A stretch of 64,000 nt of DNA. Source: a virus. Made by a program: the position numbers and the translations under genes. This document shows positions 43,099 through 52,686 of the stretch, piece after piece. The DNA lies in the IMG/VR virus record IMGVR_UViG_3300028840_006156. One strand, written 5' to 3'. Position 1 is the stretch's first letter. Every line of letters begins with the position of its first letter. The notes below the pieces were generated by a model. It saw nothing but the letters and a program-made list of their open reading frames with translations. It made no database searches and was not told the DNA's origin.

Positions 43099-44020
43099 CC
43101 TCGAACCCGGCGAGGCCGGGTTCGTCGACTGGGGCGAGGCGCGCTACCACGCCGACCGCGACCACGTCTCGAACTCGTGGCTCTCGGTCCTGATCAAGGA
43201 GGGCCCGGCGATCTACCGGGCGAAGCGCGACGGACTGATCGACAGCGACGAGTCCGACTCGATGCGCTTCGGCACGCTCGTGCACCTAGCCCTGATCGAA
43301 CCCGACGAGTGGCGCCGGCGTCTGTTCGAACCCGAGCCCGTCCGACCGGCCAACGCCAACGGCCGTGGCAAGAAGGGCACGCCTGAGAAAGACTCCTACC
43401 TCCGATGGAAGCGCGACGTGGACGAGTGGGCGACCGAGCTCGAGCAGGCTCCGGGCGCGATCGTGCTGACCGAGCGCGAGCGCGAGCGCGTCGAGGCTTG
43501 CGCCGAGTCGGTGCGTCAGCACGCGGCAGACGAGCCGGGCGAGCTTGGCGCGAGCGACCTCCTCGCGGCCACGACCGCGACCGAGCAGACGATCCTGCGC
43601 CGCGACGAGGAGACCGGGATCCTGTTGCGCCACCGGCTCGACCTGCTCGCGGACATGGGTGTCCGCGTGATCGCGGATCTGAAGACGACGCAGGACCCGA
43701 GCCCCGACGCCTTCGCCCGGTCTGTGGCGCGCTTCGGCTACCACCGGCAGGCGGCCATGTACGTCGACGCGCTGCAGGCGGTCGAGCCCGACGCCGAGAT
43801 CCACTTCGTGATCATCGCGGTGCGGTCGCGCTTCCCCTTCGAGGTGGCGACGCACGTGATCGAAGCAGACGAACTCAGGCAAGGCCGTCGCGAGTACCGG
43901 CGAGCCCTGCAAGACCTCGCGCGCAGGCGCGAGCAGAACGACTGGCGCGCGGCCTGGCAGCGCGGCCTCAACCGGCTCACGCTCCCGCGCTGGGCCTTCG
44001 ACAAGGACGACGACCAATGA
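43088..44020 (+). CDS. RecE/exonuclease VIII-like PD-(D/E)XK nuclease (DUF3799-like)
   Basis: YHAD..VSNS.L, MRFGTLVH, RHRLD...IADLKTT, GYHRQAAMY. Confidence 0.9.
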   Translation: MVTDLEPGEAGFVDWGEARYHADRDHVSNSWLSVLIKEGPAIYRAKRDGLIDSDESDSMRFGTLVHLALIEPDEWRRRLFEPEPVRPANANGRGKKGTPEKDSYLRWKRDVDEWATELEQAPGAIVLTERERERVEACAESVRQHAADEPGELGASDLLAATTATEQTILRRDEETGILLRHRLDLLADMGVRVIADLKTTQDPSPDAFARSVARFGYHRQAAMYVDALQAVEPDAEIHFVIIAVRSRFPFEVATHVIEADELRQGRREYRRALQDLARRREQNDWRAAWQRGLNRLTLPRWAFDKDDDQ

Positions 44021-44769
44021 GCACCGAAATCGCACAACAGCAACCACAACTCACCAACGCCTTCGCCGCCGAGAGCAAGGCCAAGTTCGAACTCGCCCAA
44101 CGGCAGGCCAAGGCGTTTGCCTCGAGCACGCTCGTCCCCGGCGAGTACCGGGGCAACCTCGCCAACGTCCTGATCGCCACCGAGCTCGCCGAGCGGATCG
44201 GCTGCTCGATCTTCGCGATCATGCAGAACGTCGACATCATCCACGGACGTCCGTCGATGCGGTCGAAGTTCCTGATCGCCACGGTAAACGCGTGCGGTCG
44301 CTTCACCCCGCTGCGCTTCCGCTGGGAGGGCGAGAAGGGAACTGAGTCCTTCGGGTGCCGCGCGGTGGCGACGGACCGCGAATCCGGCGAGGAGTGCGTC
44401 GGCGCGCTGATCGACTGGCGCATGGTCAACGCCGAGGGCTGGTCGAAGAAGAAGGGGTCCAAGTGGATGACCATGCCCGAGCAGATGTTCATGTACCGCG
44501 CGGCGGCGTTCTGGCAGCGGATCTACGCGCCCGAGTTGAGCCTCGGCATGGGCACAGTCGACGAGGCGCAGGACATTACCGGCGGCTACATCGACGTCGA
44601 GCAACCGCGAGGGACCAGCCAACTCGCCGCCAGGGTCACGCAGCTGCAGGCCGAGCCGGAGCCCGAGGTCGAGCCGGACCACGACGCGCCGCCTCCCCGC
44701 GAGCCTACGCCCGAGCCGATCCCGGTCGAGCACGATCCGGCGACCGGCGAGGTCTACGGCGGGAAGTGA
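44017..44769 (+). CDS. recT: RecT/Redbeta-like single-strand annealing protein
   Basis: QNVDIIHGRPSM, WMTMPEQMFMYRAAAFWQRIYAPE; paired with exonuclease. Confidence 0.8.
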   Translation: MSTEIAQQQPQLTNAFAAESKAKFELAQRQAKAFASSTLVPGEYRGNLANVLIATELAERIGCSIFAIMQNVDIIHGRPSMRSKFLIATVNACGRFTPLRFRWEGEKGTESFGCRAVATDRESGEECVGALIDWRMVNAEGWSKKKGSKWMTMPEQMFMYRAAAFWQRIYAPELSLGMGTVDEAQDITGGYIDVEQPRGTSQLAARVTQLQAEPEPEVEPDHDAPPPREPTPEPIPVEHDPATGEVYGGK

Positions 44770-44788
44770 TCCTGGGCCCGGTGGGTAG
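44761..44788 (+). promoter_or_regulatory. GGGAAG-N17-GGTAG promoter motif
   Basis: 7 nt before ATG 44796. Confidence 0.8.
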
Positions 44789-44795
44789 ACCGGGC

Positions 44796-45125
44796 ATGCG
44801 AGACGCGATCATCACCTACGTCGCCGCGTTCGTCTCATCGAGCGCGGCGTTTCGCTTCGGCTACGCCGTCCCTGACGCTCAGGCCATGCTCGCCGGGGCG
44901 GCGTCTTCGTTGCTTGCTGTCGCCCTCATCGCGCTCGTCGCGTGGGCGTGGAGCCGGTCGAGGTCGACGCGAGCGGCATGGCACGAGTCGCGCGCCCGAG
45001 CTCTGTCCGAACGACAGTCGACGATGTCCGGCCTGTGGCCGCTGAGCTTCGTCGTGTGGCTCGTGTTTGCGCTGGTCGAGTGGGGGCATGTCCTGCGCGC
45101 GGAGTCGATCGGAGGTGCGCTGTGA
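44796..45125 (+). CDS. multi-TM membrane protein
   Basis: Three hydrophobic segments. Confidence 0.55.
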   Translation: MRDAIITYVAAFVSSSAAFRFGYAVPDAQAMLAGAASSLLAVALIALVAWAWSRSRSTRAAWHESRARALSERQSTMSGLWPLSFVVWLVFALVEWGHVLRAESIGGAL

Positions 45126-46225
45126 CCTTCGGGCCCGGCGTGGATGTGACCCAGTCCGGGGCGCTCGTTGTGCGCTTCTTCTACCGCGGCGACGACAGCA
45201 GGCTCATGCGGGTCGTCGTGGCCGTCGACAACGACGTGGCTGTCGAGGAGCACATGGGCCTGGACGCTCTTGGCGGGATCCGATGGCGGCCGGTCGATCT
45301 CGACGATGACGAGGACATGCCGAGCGCCTGGGTCGGCATGGTGGCGGCTGCGATCGCGTGGGCCTACCGGGAGCGGATCCCCTCGCGGCCGAGCGTCGAG
45401 CAGATCATGGACGCCGGCCGATCCGAGGGATTCCGCGAGTGCGCGCACCGCCTCGCAGCCGTACTCGACGACGAGCCTCGATGGCACATCGTGTTCGGCG
45501 AGGTCGTGAAGTTGCGGATCGGGCAACTCCATCGCCAGGGGATGAGCGACGAGGACATCGCCGCCGCCGTGGGCTGGCCTCTGAGCAACGTCGAAACCGT
45601 GCTCGCGGGGACGCGGTGCGAGACCGTGTCGAGCGTAGACGTCGAGACCCTTCGCGAACTCGCCGAGGACTGGGCTGGTCAAGGGCAGGCGTCGTGGGAG
45701 TCGGATTACGAGCGCGGCGAGACCGTGGCCTGGAGGCTCGCGGCTGAACGGATCACAGAGGTCCTCGACGCCAAGCCCAACATGGCCGATCCGACCGCTG
45801 ACATGGAGGCCAGCGCCGACGAGATGGGCGAGCCTCCGCAGGTGCCAGGCCGCCCAGGGTGGCCGGGAGACGTTGGGGGAGTAGTCGGGCCGAAGCCTGG
45901 CACCGATGACGTCGTGGTCGAGATTGCGACCGAAGACGACGGCTTCGTGTTCGTCACCGTGATGACTCCCGAGGACGACGAGTGGGGCAACGGGTCCGAG
46001 GACCCGGACGCCCGAGTGGCTATCGTCGCGCTCGATGACCTGCGCCATGTTCTCGGGGGACTCCGTACCCAAGCAACGGGGCTACGCGGTCAGGTCGAGG
46101 CCGTTCGCAGGGCCATCGAGACCCGACTGATCAACGCCAACGAACACAAGAACACCGACCGCGCTGGGGCCTTCATCGAGATCGACGCGCTGCTCCGAAC
46201 TGCGCTGGACGGTGACCCCACATGA
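45122..46225 (+). CDS. acidic multi-domain protein with central HTH
   Basis: QGMSDEDIAAAVGWPLSNVETVL. Confidence 0.55.
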   Translation: MTFGPGVDVTQSGALVVRFFYRGDDSRLMRVVVAVDNDVAVEEHMGLDALGGIRWRPVDLDDDEDMPSAWVGMVAAAIAWAYRERIPSRPSVEQIMDAGRSEGFRECAHRLAAVLDDEPRWHIVFGEVVKLRIGQLHRQGMSDEDIAAAVGWPLSNVETVLAGTRCETVSSVDVETLRELAEDWAGQGQASWESDYERGETVAWRLAAERITEVLDAKPNMADPTADMEASADEMGEPPQVPGRPGWPGDVGGVVGPKPGTDDVVVEIATEDDGFVFVTVMTPEDDEWGNGSEDPDARVAIVALDDLRHVLGGLRTQATGLRGQVEAVRRAIETRLINANEHKNTDRAGAFIEIDALLRTALDGDPT

Positions 46226-46758
46226 GCACGATCGCGATCGACCCCGGCAAGACGACGGGCATCGCCCTCTACCTCGGCGGACCCTCGAGCCCGATCGTCG
46301 CGTCGTGGGTCGACCCGACCTCGGTGGAGATCCTCGCGTTCCTACGCTGGGCGAAAGGCGCCGGGTTCACGACCGTCGTGATCGAAGATCAGCACCTACC
46401 GCGACCGAGGGTCGTGCGTGGCTCGATCAAGTGGCGGCTGAACTGGCCCAACCTCCAGACCCTGATCCGAGGCGCCGCGCGCTGGATGACCTGCGCAGAG
46501 ATCGTCGGCATGCGCGTCGAGTTCATCAAGCCGGCCGAGTGGCAGGGGCCGATGCTCGGCAAGTCGAGCGACCTCTCGACGAAGCAGCTGTGCTCGAAGG
46601 TGGTCGCCGAGACCTGGGTGACCGTCCGGCGCTGGCACCCCGCGAAGGGCGAGGCCGTCGGGGACGCGCAACTCGTGAAGGTCGACCGGCTCAACGAGCA
46701 CATCCGCGACGCGATCATGATGGGGCGCTGGTGGATGCTCTACGGGGGTGCACGATGA
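46222..46758 (+). CDS. RuvC-like Holliday junction resolvase
   Basis: IAIDPGKTTGIA, VVIED, NEHIRDAIMMG catalytic pattern. Confidence 0.85.
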   Translation: MSTIAIDPGKTTGIALYLGGPSSPIVASWVDPTSVEILAFLRWAKGAGFTTVVIEDQHLPRPRVVRGSIKWRLNWPNLQTLIRGAARWMTCAEIVGMRVEFIKPAEWQGPMLGKSSDLSTKQLCSKVVAETWVTVRRWHPAKGEAVGDAQLVKVDRLNEHIRDAIMMGRWWMLYGGAR

Positions 46759-46843
46759 GGCGCGCGATGGAGTTTGCCCGCGCAGCGCTCTGGGTAGCTC
46801 TCGTGTTCGTAGCGTGCGCCGTGCCGGACCTGGAGTCGAAACG

Positions 46844-47056
46844 ATGAAGCTCAAGCCCGGGACCAAGCTCGTGCTCGAGATCAGCCCGTGCGACTACGGC
46901 CTCAAGCTCGAGCAGCTCCTCGCCGTCGGTCGTTCGACCCGCAAGCGCAAGGGCAAGCCGATCCTCGTGCGGTCCGAGGAGGAACTTTGGATCGAGCTCG
47001 AACAGCTTGCGCAGCGCAAGCTCGCGCGCCTCGGACTGGAGAAGTCGAAGCCATGA
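46844..47056 (+). CDS. small basic protein, possible antitoxin
   Basis: ATGA-coupled upstream of ParE-like gene. Confidence 0.45.
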   Translation: MKLKPGTKLVLEISPCDYGLKLEQLLAVGRSTRKRKGKPILVRSEEELWIELEQLAQRKLARLGLEKSKP

Positions 47057-47313
47057 AGTCATTCGAGAAGTCATTGAAGCGCAAGCCGCGGGACGTCGTG
47101 AACCGGGCGCGGAAGATCGTCGAGAGAATCCGCGACGGCGCCAAGGCCCACGAGGTCGGGGCGAAGCGGATGAACCACGCCCGGGATCGGCTCTCAGTCG
47201 CGATCGGACGCTCGTGGCGCCTGGTCCTGCGCGAGGTCGATGGCGTGCTCGAACCCCTCGCGCTCATGAGCCACGAGACCTACAACGGGACCAAGCCGGC
47301 GTCGAAGCGATGA
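47053..47313 (+). CDS. ParE/RelE-superfamily toxin-like protein
   Basis: RLSVAIGRSWRLV...LMSHETYN motif. Confidence 0.6.
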   Translation: MKSFEKSLKRKPRDVVNRARKIVERIRDGAKAHEVGAKRMNHARDRLSVAIGRSWRLVLREVDGVLEPLALMSHETYNGTKPASKR

Positions 47314-48011
47314 CGCCCGACCCACCGTCGGACTGACGCCCGCGCGAGACCCAGTGCCCACGCCCGCCGCTCCTCCGTCGACTGTCGACGGCCAAGATCC
47401 CGCTCGGTGACGGGGGCCCAGCAGCTGTGGCCGTAGCCGCTGAGCCGCTCGCAGAACCGGCGACGCTTCGCCGCGGGCAACGTGAAGGAGCAGTCGCCCG
47501 AGCGGCACTCGACGAACCCGCCGTAGACTGCCTGGACCTCGACGAGGTTGCGAGCGCCGTAGCGGGTCACCGCCCGCCACACGATCTCGTGGGCGATCGC
47601 GGTCGAGACCTCGGGCGTGCACAAGGCGGGCTCGAGGTCGCTGCCGTCCCACTTGTTGCCGTGCCAGCGAAGCGAGAGGCCGTAGGCGCCCAGGCCATCC
47701 TCGACGCCGCGCACGTCCTCGCCGCGGGTGTGCCGGACGCTCGCCTCGCCGCAGAAGCTCTCGCGGCAGATCACGAGCCGATGGAAGGCGCGGATGATCG
47801 GCGCGACGCGCAGGTCGGACAGGGCGACGTCGACGCGCTCCTGGGTCCGGCGCTTCTGGTCCCGAGACCACGCCACGCGCTCGCTACGGTCGTTGCAGTA
47901 GTCTCCGGGGACCAAGCCGCCGATGACGCCGGCGGACGCTGGACGGGCCCACAGAAGCGCGAGGACAGTGAGGATGGCGAGGGTGATGCGGAGCATGATC
48001 CGGTCGTCCAT
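47280..48011 (-). CDS. signal-peptide lysozyme-fold (transglycosylase-like) protein, candidate endolysin
   Basis: N-terminal MLRITLAILTVLALLWARPASA; VICRES and GAYGL resemble SLT catalytic motifs; Cys-rich. Confidence 0.55.
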   Translation of the reverse strand: MDDRIMLRITLAILTVLALLWARPASAGVIGGLVPGDYCNDRSERVAWSRDQKRRTQERVDVALSDLRVAPIIRAFHRLVICRESFCGEASVRHTRGEDVRGVEDGLGAYGLSLRWHGNKWDGSDLEPALCTPEVSTAIAHEIVWRAVTRYGARNLVEVQAVYGGFVECRSGDCSFTLPAAKRRRFCERLSGYGHSCWAPVTERDLGRRQSTEERRAWALGLARASVRRWVGRHRFDAGLVPL

Positions 48012-48031
48012 GGGTCGGGCAGCGTAGCACC

Positions 48032-48059
48032 GGGAAGCGGGCAGTTGCGTGCGGGGTAG
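48032..48059 (+). promoter_or_regulatory. GGGAAG-N17-GGTAG promoter motif
   Basis: 8 nt before ATG 48068. Confidence 0.8.
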
Positions 48060-48067
48060 GGACTGGC

Positions 48068-48313
48068 ATGCCCGAGCTGAAGCCCCACACCGTGTCGCTG
48101 ACGATCGCGCGATGCAAAGACTGCCCGAACCTGCACGTAGGGCGGCTGTACTCCCTCGACGGCTTTGACCGGGGGTGCGACTGGACCTGCACCGCGGCGA
48201 ACAACCGCGCGGTCGCGTCGTTCGTCGAGTGGCCGCGAGATGAACCCAAGACGATCCCGAGGTGGTGCCCGCTGCGCTCGAAGCCGAGCGAGGAGACCAG
48301 CGATGACCGATGA
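48068..48313 (+). CDS. Cys-rich phage protein (C..CP...IP.WCPL family)
   Basis: CKDCP...C..C...IPRWCPL. Confidence 0.65.
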   Translation: MPELKPHTVSLTIARCKDCPNLHVGRLYSLDGFDRGCDWTCTAANNRAVASFVEWPRDEPKTIPRWCPLRSKPSEETSDDR

Positions 48314-48698
48314 CCTGCCCACGATCCGCCTCGCCTGTGAGGGCGATGAGCACGCCCACCGCGCCGCGTGCATCCTGGAGGCCGTCGGCTACACGGTCGT
48401 CCGCGACATCGCGGGCCTCGATACGATCGCCGACCGGGCGCGGGCCATCGGCGAGAAGTTCAAGCTGACCACGCGCGAGCAGGACGTCTTCGACGGCGTG
48501 ATCCGGGGCCGGTCCAACGAGCAGATCGCCCGCGAACTCGACATCAGCCGCGCGACGGTGAAGTGGCACATGCACAACGTGCTTTCCAAGACCAACACCG
48601 GGACGCGCGAGCAAATGCTACGGCTCGCCCTGTTGGGAACCGCCGGCGAGACGGTCGATCCCGATCCTGCCCAGGATTGGCCGTCGAAATGCTACTGA
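48303..48698 (+). CDS. LuxR-family HTH regulator
   Basis: LTTREQDV...GRSNEQIARELDISRATVKWHMHNVLSK. Confidence 0.9.
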   Translation: MTDDLPTIRLACEGDEHAHRAACILEAVGYTVVRDIAGLDTIADRARAIGEKFKLTTREQDVFDGVIRGRSNEQIARELDISRATVKWHMHNVLSKTNTGTREQMLRLALLGTAGETVDPDPAQDWPSKCY

Positions 48699-49138
48699 TT
48701 GACCGAGCCCGAGCGCTCCTCGCACTGCGATCGATCGCCGACTCCGAGATGACCGACGAGCGTGGCGACATCGAGCACGCGCTACACGAGGTCTGCCACG
48801 CGGTGGTGTTGGGGATCGCCGCGCCGGGCCCAGATGACCTGTCGTTCGTCGTCGGACGGAAAATCCAAGCGATGCAGACCCGCAGCCATGCTCGCGCGGA
48901 CTGGCAGGAGATTATGGTAGTCGCCGCGGAGCTTCGCGCGACCGAGCTCCTCGGCGGCTTGCCGGGCGGAGGCCGGCACCTGACGATCTCCGACGTGCTC
49001 GGTGGCAACACCAACTCGATCCCGCGAGAAGAGGCCGAGGCGCACGTCCAGCGGCTGCTCGGGTGCGAGACGACGTACCGACGAGCGCGGGCGGCGTTGT
49101 GTTGGGCGATAGCGAGCGCACCCGAGCAGGTGCGGTAG
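48689..49138 (+). CDS. HExxH zincin-like metallopeptidase
   Basis: HALHEVCHAVV and downstream QEIMVVAAE. Confidence 0.55.
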   Translation: MLLIDRARALLALRSIADSEMTDERGDIEHALHEVCHAVVLGIAAPGPDDLSFVVGRKIQAMQTRSHARADWQEIMVVAAELRATELLGGLPGGGRHLTISDVLGGNTNSIPREEAEAHVQRLLGCETTYRRARAALCWAIASAPEQVR

Positions 49139-49147
49139 ACTCGGAGC

Positions 49148-49705
49148 GTGAAGGCCGAGACCACGCTCTTCCCCTACGGCGGCGCCGAGGGTCTCCCCGT
49201 GCTTCGCCTCGACGCTGAGGGTCAACCCTGGTCCGACGAGGCCGCCGCGCTGGCCCTCGCGCGAGCTCGGCCGCCGGGCCTGTTCGCCGCGTGGATCACG
49301 GGCGTCGCTGACTGGCACGCGCGCGACTTCATGACCTGGGTGACGCGCACGCCGGACCTCGGCCTGCCGCTGATCTCGCTGCGCGACCTCGACGCCCAGC
49401 GTTGGATCGGCGGCGTCGCCAACGTCCTCGACGCGAGCGCGGCGATGCAGTGCTCCGGGCCCGACGAGCTCGCCGACTTCCTCGCCGCGCGCGCTCACTC
49501 GGTGCCCGAGATCGAGGACCTGGTCGTGCGTGTCGGACCGGACACCCGAGCTCCGAGCGCGAGTGTGCTCGAGGTCCTCGCCGAGTTCTGTCAGCCGCAG
49601 GACCAGGGCTACGTCTACGCGCCGCGCGACCACAAGCACTGGGCGCTGCTCGAGCGCGTCGTCGCCATGACGTCGAGCATGTGGGCGCTGCGGGGGTCGG
49701 GCTAG
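49148..49705 (+). CDS. hypothetical protein
   Basis: GGTAG-N8-GTG upstream with degenerate -35. Confidence 0.55.
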   Translation: MKAETTLFPYGGAEGLPVLRLDAEGQPWSDEAAALALARARPPGLFAAWITGVADWHARDFMTWVTRTPDLGLPLISLRDLDAQRWIGGVANVLDASAAMQCSGPDELADFLAARAHSVPEIEDLVVRVGPDTRAPSASVLEVLAEFCQPQDQGYVYAPRDHKHWALLERVVAMTSSMWALRGSG

Positions 49706-50076
49706 ACCATCCCGGAAGGTCGCACGCCGGTGATGCCCTCCCGGTAGTCCGCAGCCTCTCCCGCGACTTCGCCGAGGATGATCCCCGCGACCCCGTCGGC
49801 CGGGTTGTAGCTCGCTTGGATCGAAAACGCCGGCCAGTCGAGGCCGTAGCTCGTGACCCACTCCGCGAGACGATCGGCCTCGGCCGCGAGCTCCGAAGGG
49901 CGGCACCCGACGAAGACCATGCGAAATGGGACCGCGCACTCCATGCCGGCTGCATGGTTCGACCCGTCGCCGCTGTCCATCGTGTGAAAGCCCGCGGTGC
50001 GCATGGCGACCACAAGATCGCGGATTCCGGGTGAGAGGTCTTGGATTTGCTCGGGTGTGAGAGGTGGCGTCTGCAT
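49702..50076 (-). CDS. hypothetical protein (PGIRDLV.A...GF.T.DSGDG family)
   Basis: Distant paralogue of 52683-52928. Confidence 0.6.
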   Translation of the reverse strand: MQTPPLTPEQIQDLSPGIRDLVVAMRTAGFHTMDSGDGSNHAAGMECAVPFRMVFVGCRPSELAAEADRLAEWVTSYGLDWPAFSIQASYNPADGVAGIILGEVAGEAADYREGITGVRPSGMV

Positions 50077-50120
50077 GCGAGCACACTACCGCAACCGCGC
50101 AGGTGCGGTACGATCCAGCC

Positions 50121-50801
50121 GTGACCCGCAAGCCGCCGCGCCCGTCCGACGAGGACCACGCCCGCGCGCTGTCGCTCTACCGCGCCAACGCGAGCGTCGA
50201 GTCGATCGTCGAGCGGACCGGCCTCAGCGAGGAGCAGGTCGACCGAGCGATCTACGAGGGTTGGCCGCCGAGCCGAGGCAAGAACCCCCGCGGACCGCTC
50301 CGAGCCTTCGAGCACGAGATCCAGGACCGGCTGCACCGGCTGGAGCTCGCGCGACTCGACTGGGCGCAGGCTGTCGTCGAAGCCGCAGCCGTCCACGCCA
50401 AGGACTGGGCGGCGGCCGTCAAGAAGGGCGCCGCGATCAAGCAGGCGATCCTCAGCGCGTGGGGGGCGAAGGTCCAGAACGCGATGCAGGACGCGAGCGT
50501 CGCCGGCAAGATCGACGCGTCGAAGATCGACCTCGCCGACTTCGCGATCCCGATCGACCTGGTCCGAAGCCTTCGCGCGCTGTCCGTGGCCATGGACCCG
50601 GCGCAGCAGGCGAAGATCGCAGACGTCTACCGGTTCCTCCGCGGCGTCGATGACGACGAGGACGGCGTCGGCGAGTTGGAACGCGTCCAGGCGGCCCTCG
50701 GCGAGATGACCGACGAGCAGCTCGAGCACTACGTCGAGACCGGCGAGCGGCCGAGCCCCGAGCAGAAGGTCATCGACTTTCCGCAGCAGGGGTCAGGCTA
50801 G
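50121..50801 (+). CDS. terminase small subunit
   Basis: N-terminal HTH; upstream of TerL; TACGAT-N6-GTG. Confidence 0.7.
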   Translation: MTRKPPRPSDEDHARALSLYRANASVESIVERTGLSEEQVDRAIYEGWPPSRGKNPRGPLRAFEHEIQDRLHRLELARLDWAQAVVEAAAVHAKDWAAAVKKGAAIKQAILSAWGAKVQNAMQDASVAGKIDASKIDLADFAIPIDLVRSLRALSVAMDPAQQAKIADVYRFLRGVDDDEDGVGELERVQAALGEMTDEQLEHYVETGERPSPEQKVIDFPQQGSG

Positions 50802-51067
50802 GTCTTCGGGTCGCGGACGTACTTCGTGACGGTGACCTGTTTGGCGATCACGGGATAGGCCGCGGTCGCGTAGCTGTGCATCTCGTTGGAGTTCCACTCC
50901 AGCGCCCAGAGCGACCCGTCATCGCGCCGGACGATCGCGCGCTCGCAGGCGTAGGACCTGCGGGTCCCTGTCGTCTCCTGATCGATGCACGCGTCGCCGT
51001 AGCTGAGTTGCTCCAACTCGGCGATCAACTCGTCAGGGTGCTCTGTATCGTTCTCGTCGAACTCCAT
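50798..51067 (-). CDS. acidic hypothetical protein
   Basis: ATG 7 nt after motif 51075-51102; sits between terS and terL. Confidence 0.6.
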   Translation of the reverse strand: MEFDENDTEHPDELIAELEQLSYGDACIDQETTGTRRSYACERAIVRRDDGSLWALEWNSNEMHSYATAAYPVIAKQVTVTKYVRDPKT

Positions 51068-51074
51068 GTCCGAC

Positions 51075-51102
51075 ATACCGCCCGCAACCCCGATCGCTTC
51101 CC
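51075..51102 (-). promoter_or_regulatory. GGGAAG-N17-GGTAT promoter motif
   Basis: Exact spacing. Confidence 0.75.
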
Positions 51103-51135
51103 GACGCACCCGCGCGGGTGCGCTACGATCGCGGC

Positions 51136-52686
51136 ATGTTCGCCCCGGCCAAGCGCAAGAAGGCAAAGCGCCGCCGACGGATCCCGGCGAAGGCGACGAG
51201 GCGCTGGCACGTCGAGTTGGAGGAGGCCCGGCGCGACCCGATCGTCTTCATCGAGTACGTGTTCGGGATCAAGCTCGATGACGTCCAGAAGTCCTGGGTC
51301 CGCTTCTGGATGCGCCACCGGAAGACGGTCCTGCACGGGTCGATCGGGCTGGGCAAGTCGCTGCTCATGCGCGGCATGGCGTTGTGGTTCATGGGCCGTG
51401 ATCCCGGCGTCCAGATCATCTGGCTGTCGGCGACGCAGCGCCAGCCGAAGAAGCACCTGAGCCTGATCGCCACCCTGATCGAGTCCGACGGCGCCCGGTC
51501 TCGACTTCATCACGTGTTCCCGCGGCTCAAGCCCGGCAACACCTGGCGGTCGACCGAGCTCACCGTGGCGCGCGAGGTCGACCCGCTCGAGGCCGACTAC
51601 ACGGTCTCGGTCTACGGCGCCTACTCGGACTCGCTGCTCGGCTCGCGCGCCACGATCCTGATCGTCGACGACCTGTGCAACTTCTCGAACACGCTCACCG
51701 AGGACGGCCGATCGAAGATGATCGAGTGGCTGGCGACGGTCCTCTCGCGCCTGACCACGCCCGACTACCGGATGATGGTGATCGGGAACTTCTGGCACAA
51801 GCAGGACGCGACGATGGACCTGCATCGCGCGAAGGGGTTCGAGTACATGAAGACCCCGGCGTTCGTCCGCGACGAGGCCGGCGAGATGATCCCGACGGCG
51901 CCGGCGGCCATGCCGGTCCCGACGATCATCGAGAAGATCAAGGAGCTCGGACCGCGCCGCGCGAAGCAGATGCTCGAGTGCGAGGCGGCGGACACGAACC
52001 TCGGCCGGTTCAAGGACATCTACTTCGCGCGCGCCCTCGAGCTTGGCCGCAGGCTGCCCTTCAGGCCCAAGCGCGAGTACGAGCCCTGCTTCACCGGGAT
52101 CGACCTCGGGTCGGGCAAGGCGCCCGGGTCGGACCGGACGGCGATGGTCACGGTCAAGCTCCGCGCCGACGGCAAGCGCCAGGTCGTCGACGTCCGGTCT
52201 GGGTGCTGGGGCAGCGACGAGATCAAGCGGAACCTCCGCGAGGTGAAGCGCCGCTACAACACGACGATCGCCGTCGAGAACAACGGGATCCAGAAGCTCG
52301 TGATCGACTTCTTGCGCGAGGCTACGGTGATCCCGCTCAAGGACCACAACACCAACGCGGTCAACAAGCGGGACATGGCCTACGGCGTCGAGGGCCTGGC
52401 CACTGAGATGTCCGAGGGCCTGTGGGTGTTCCCATGCGGCGACGCGGCCACCTTCGACCCTCGGTCCGGCATGACCGAAGACGAGGACAGCGAGCCCCAC
52501 GAGGAGCTACAGGCGATGATCGGCGAGGCGCTGACCTTCGACCCGACCAAGCCCCGCGAGCATACGGGCGACCGGCTCATGGCCTGGTGGATCTGCGTCA
52601 GCGTCATGTGGAAGTCGGCGCTGTTCGAGCTCGACGAGATGGAACTCGACCTCGACGCGCCGACCCACAACATCTTTGACCGCTAG
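51136..52686 (+). CDS. terL: terminase large subunit
   Basis: GSIGLGKS Walker A, ILIVDD Walker B, GIDLG...SDRTA and VENNG nuclease motifs. Confidence 0.92.
   Translation: MFAPAKRKKAKRRRRIPAKATRRWHVELEEARRDPIVFIEYVFGIKLDDVQKSWVRFWMRHRKTVLHGSIGLGKSLLMRGMALWFMGRDPGVQIIWLSATQRQPKKHLSLIATLIESDGARSRLHHVFPRLKPGNTWRSTELTVAREVDPLEADYTVSVYGAYSDSLLGSRATILIVDDLCNFSNTLTEDGRSKMIEWLATVLSRLTTPDYRMMVIGNFWHKQDATMDLHRAKGFEYMKTPAFVRDEAGEMIPTAPAAMPVPTIIEKIKELGPRRAKQMLECEAADTNLGRFKDIYFARALELGRRLPFRPKREYEPCFTGIDLGSGKAPGSDRTAMVTVKLRADGKRQVVDVRSGCWGSDEIKRNLREVKRRYNTTIAVENNGIQKLVIDFLREATVIPLKDHNTNAVNKRDMAYGVEGLATEMSEGLWVFPCGDAATFDPRSGMTEDEDSEPHEELQAMIGEALTFDPTKPREHTGDRLMAWWICVSVMWKSALFELDEMELDLDAPTHNIFDR

Noticed and set aside
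49148-49705. Possible QueE/radical SAM relic (AWITG, EDLVVRV)
   Set aside because: No CxxxCxxC motif and no other 7-deazaguanine genes; similarity too weak
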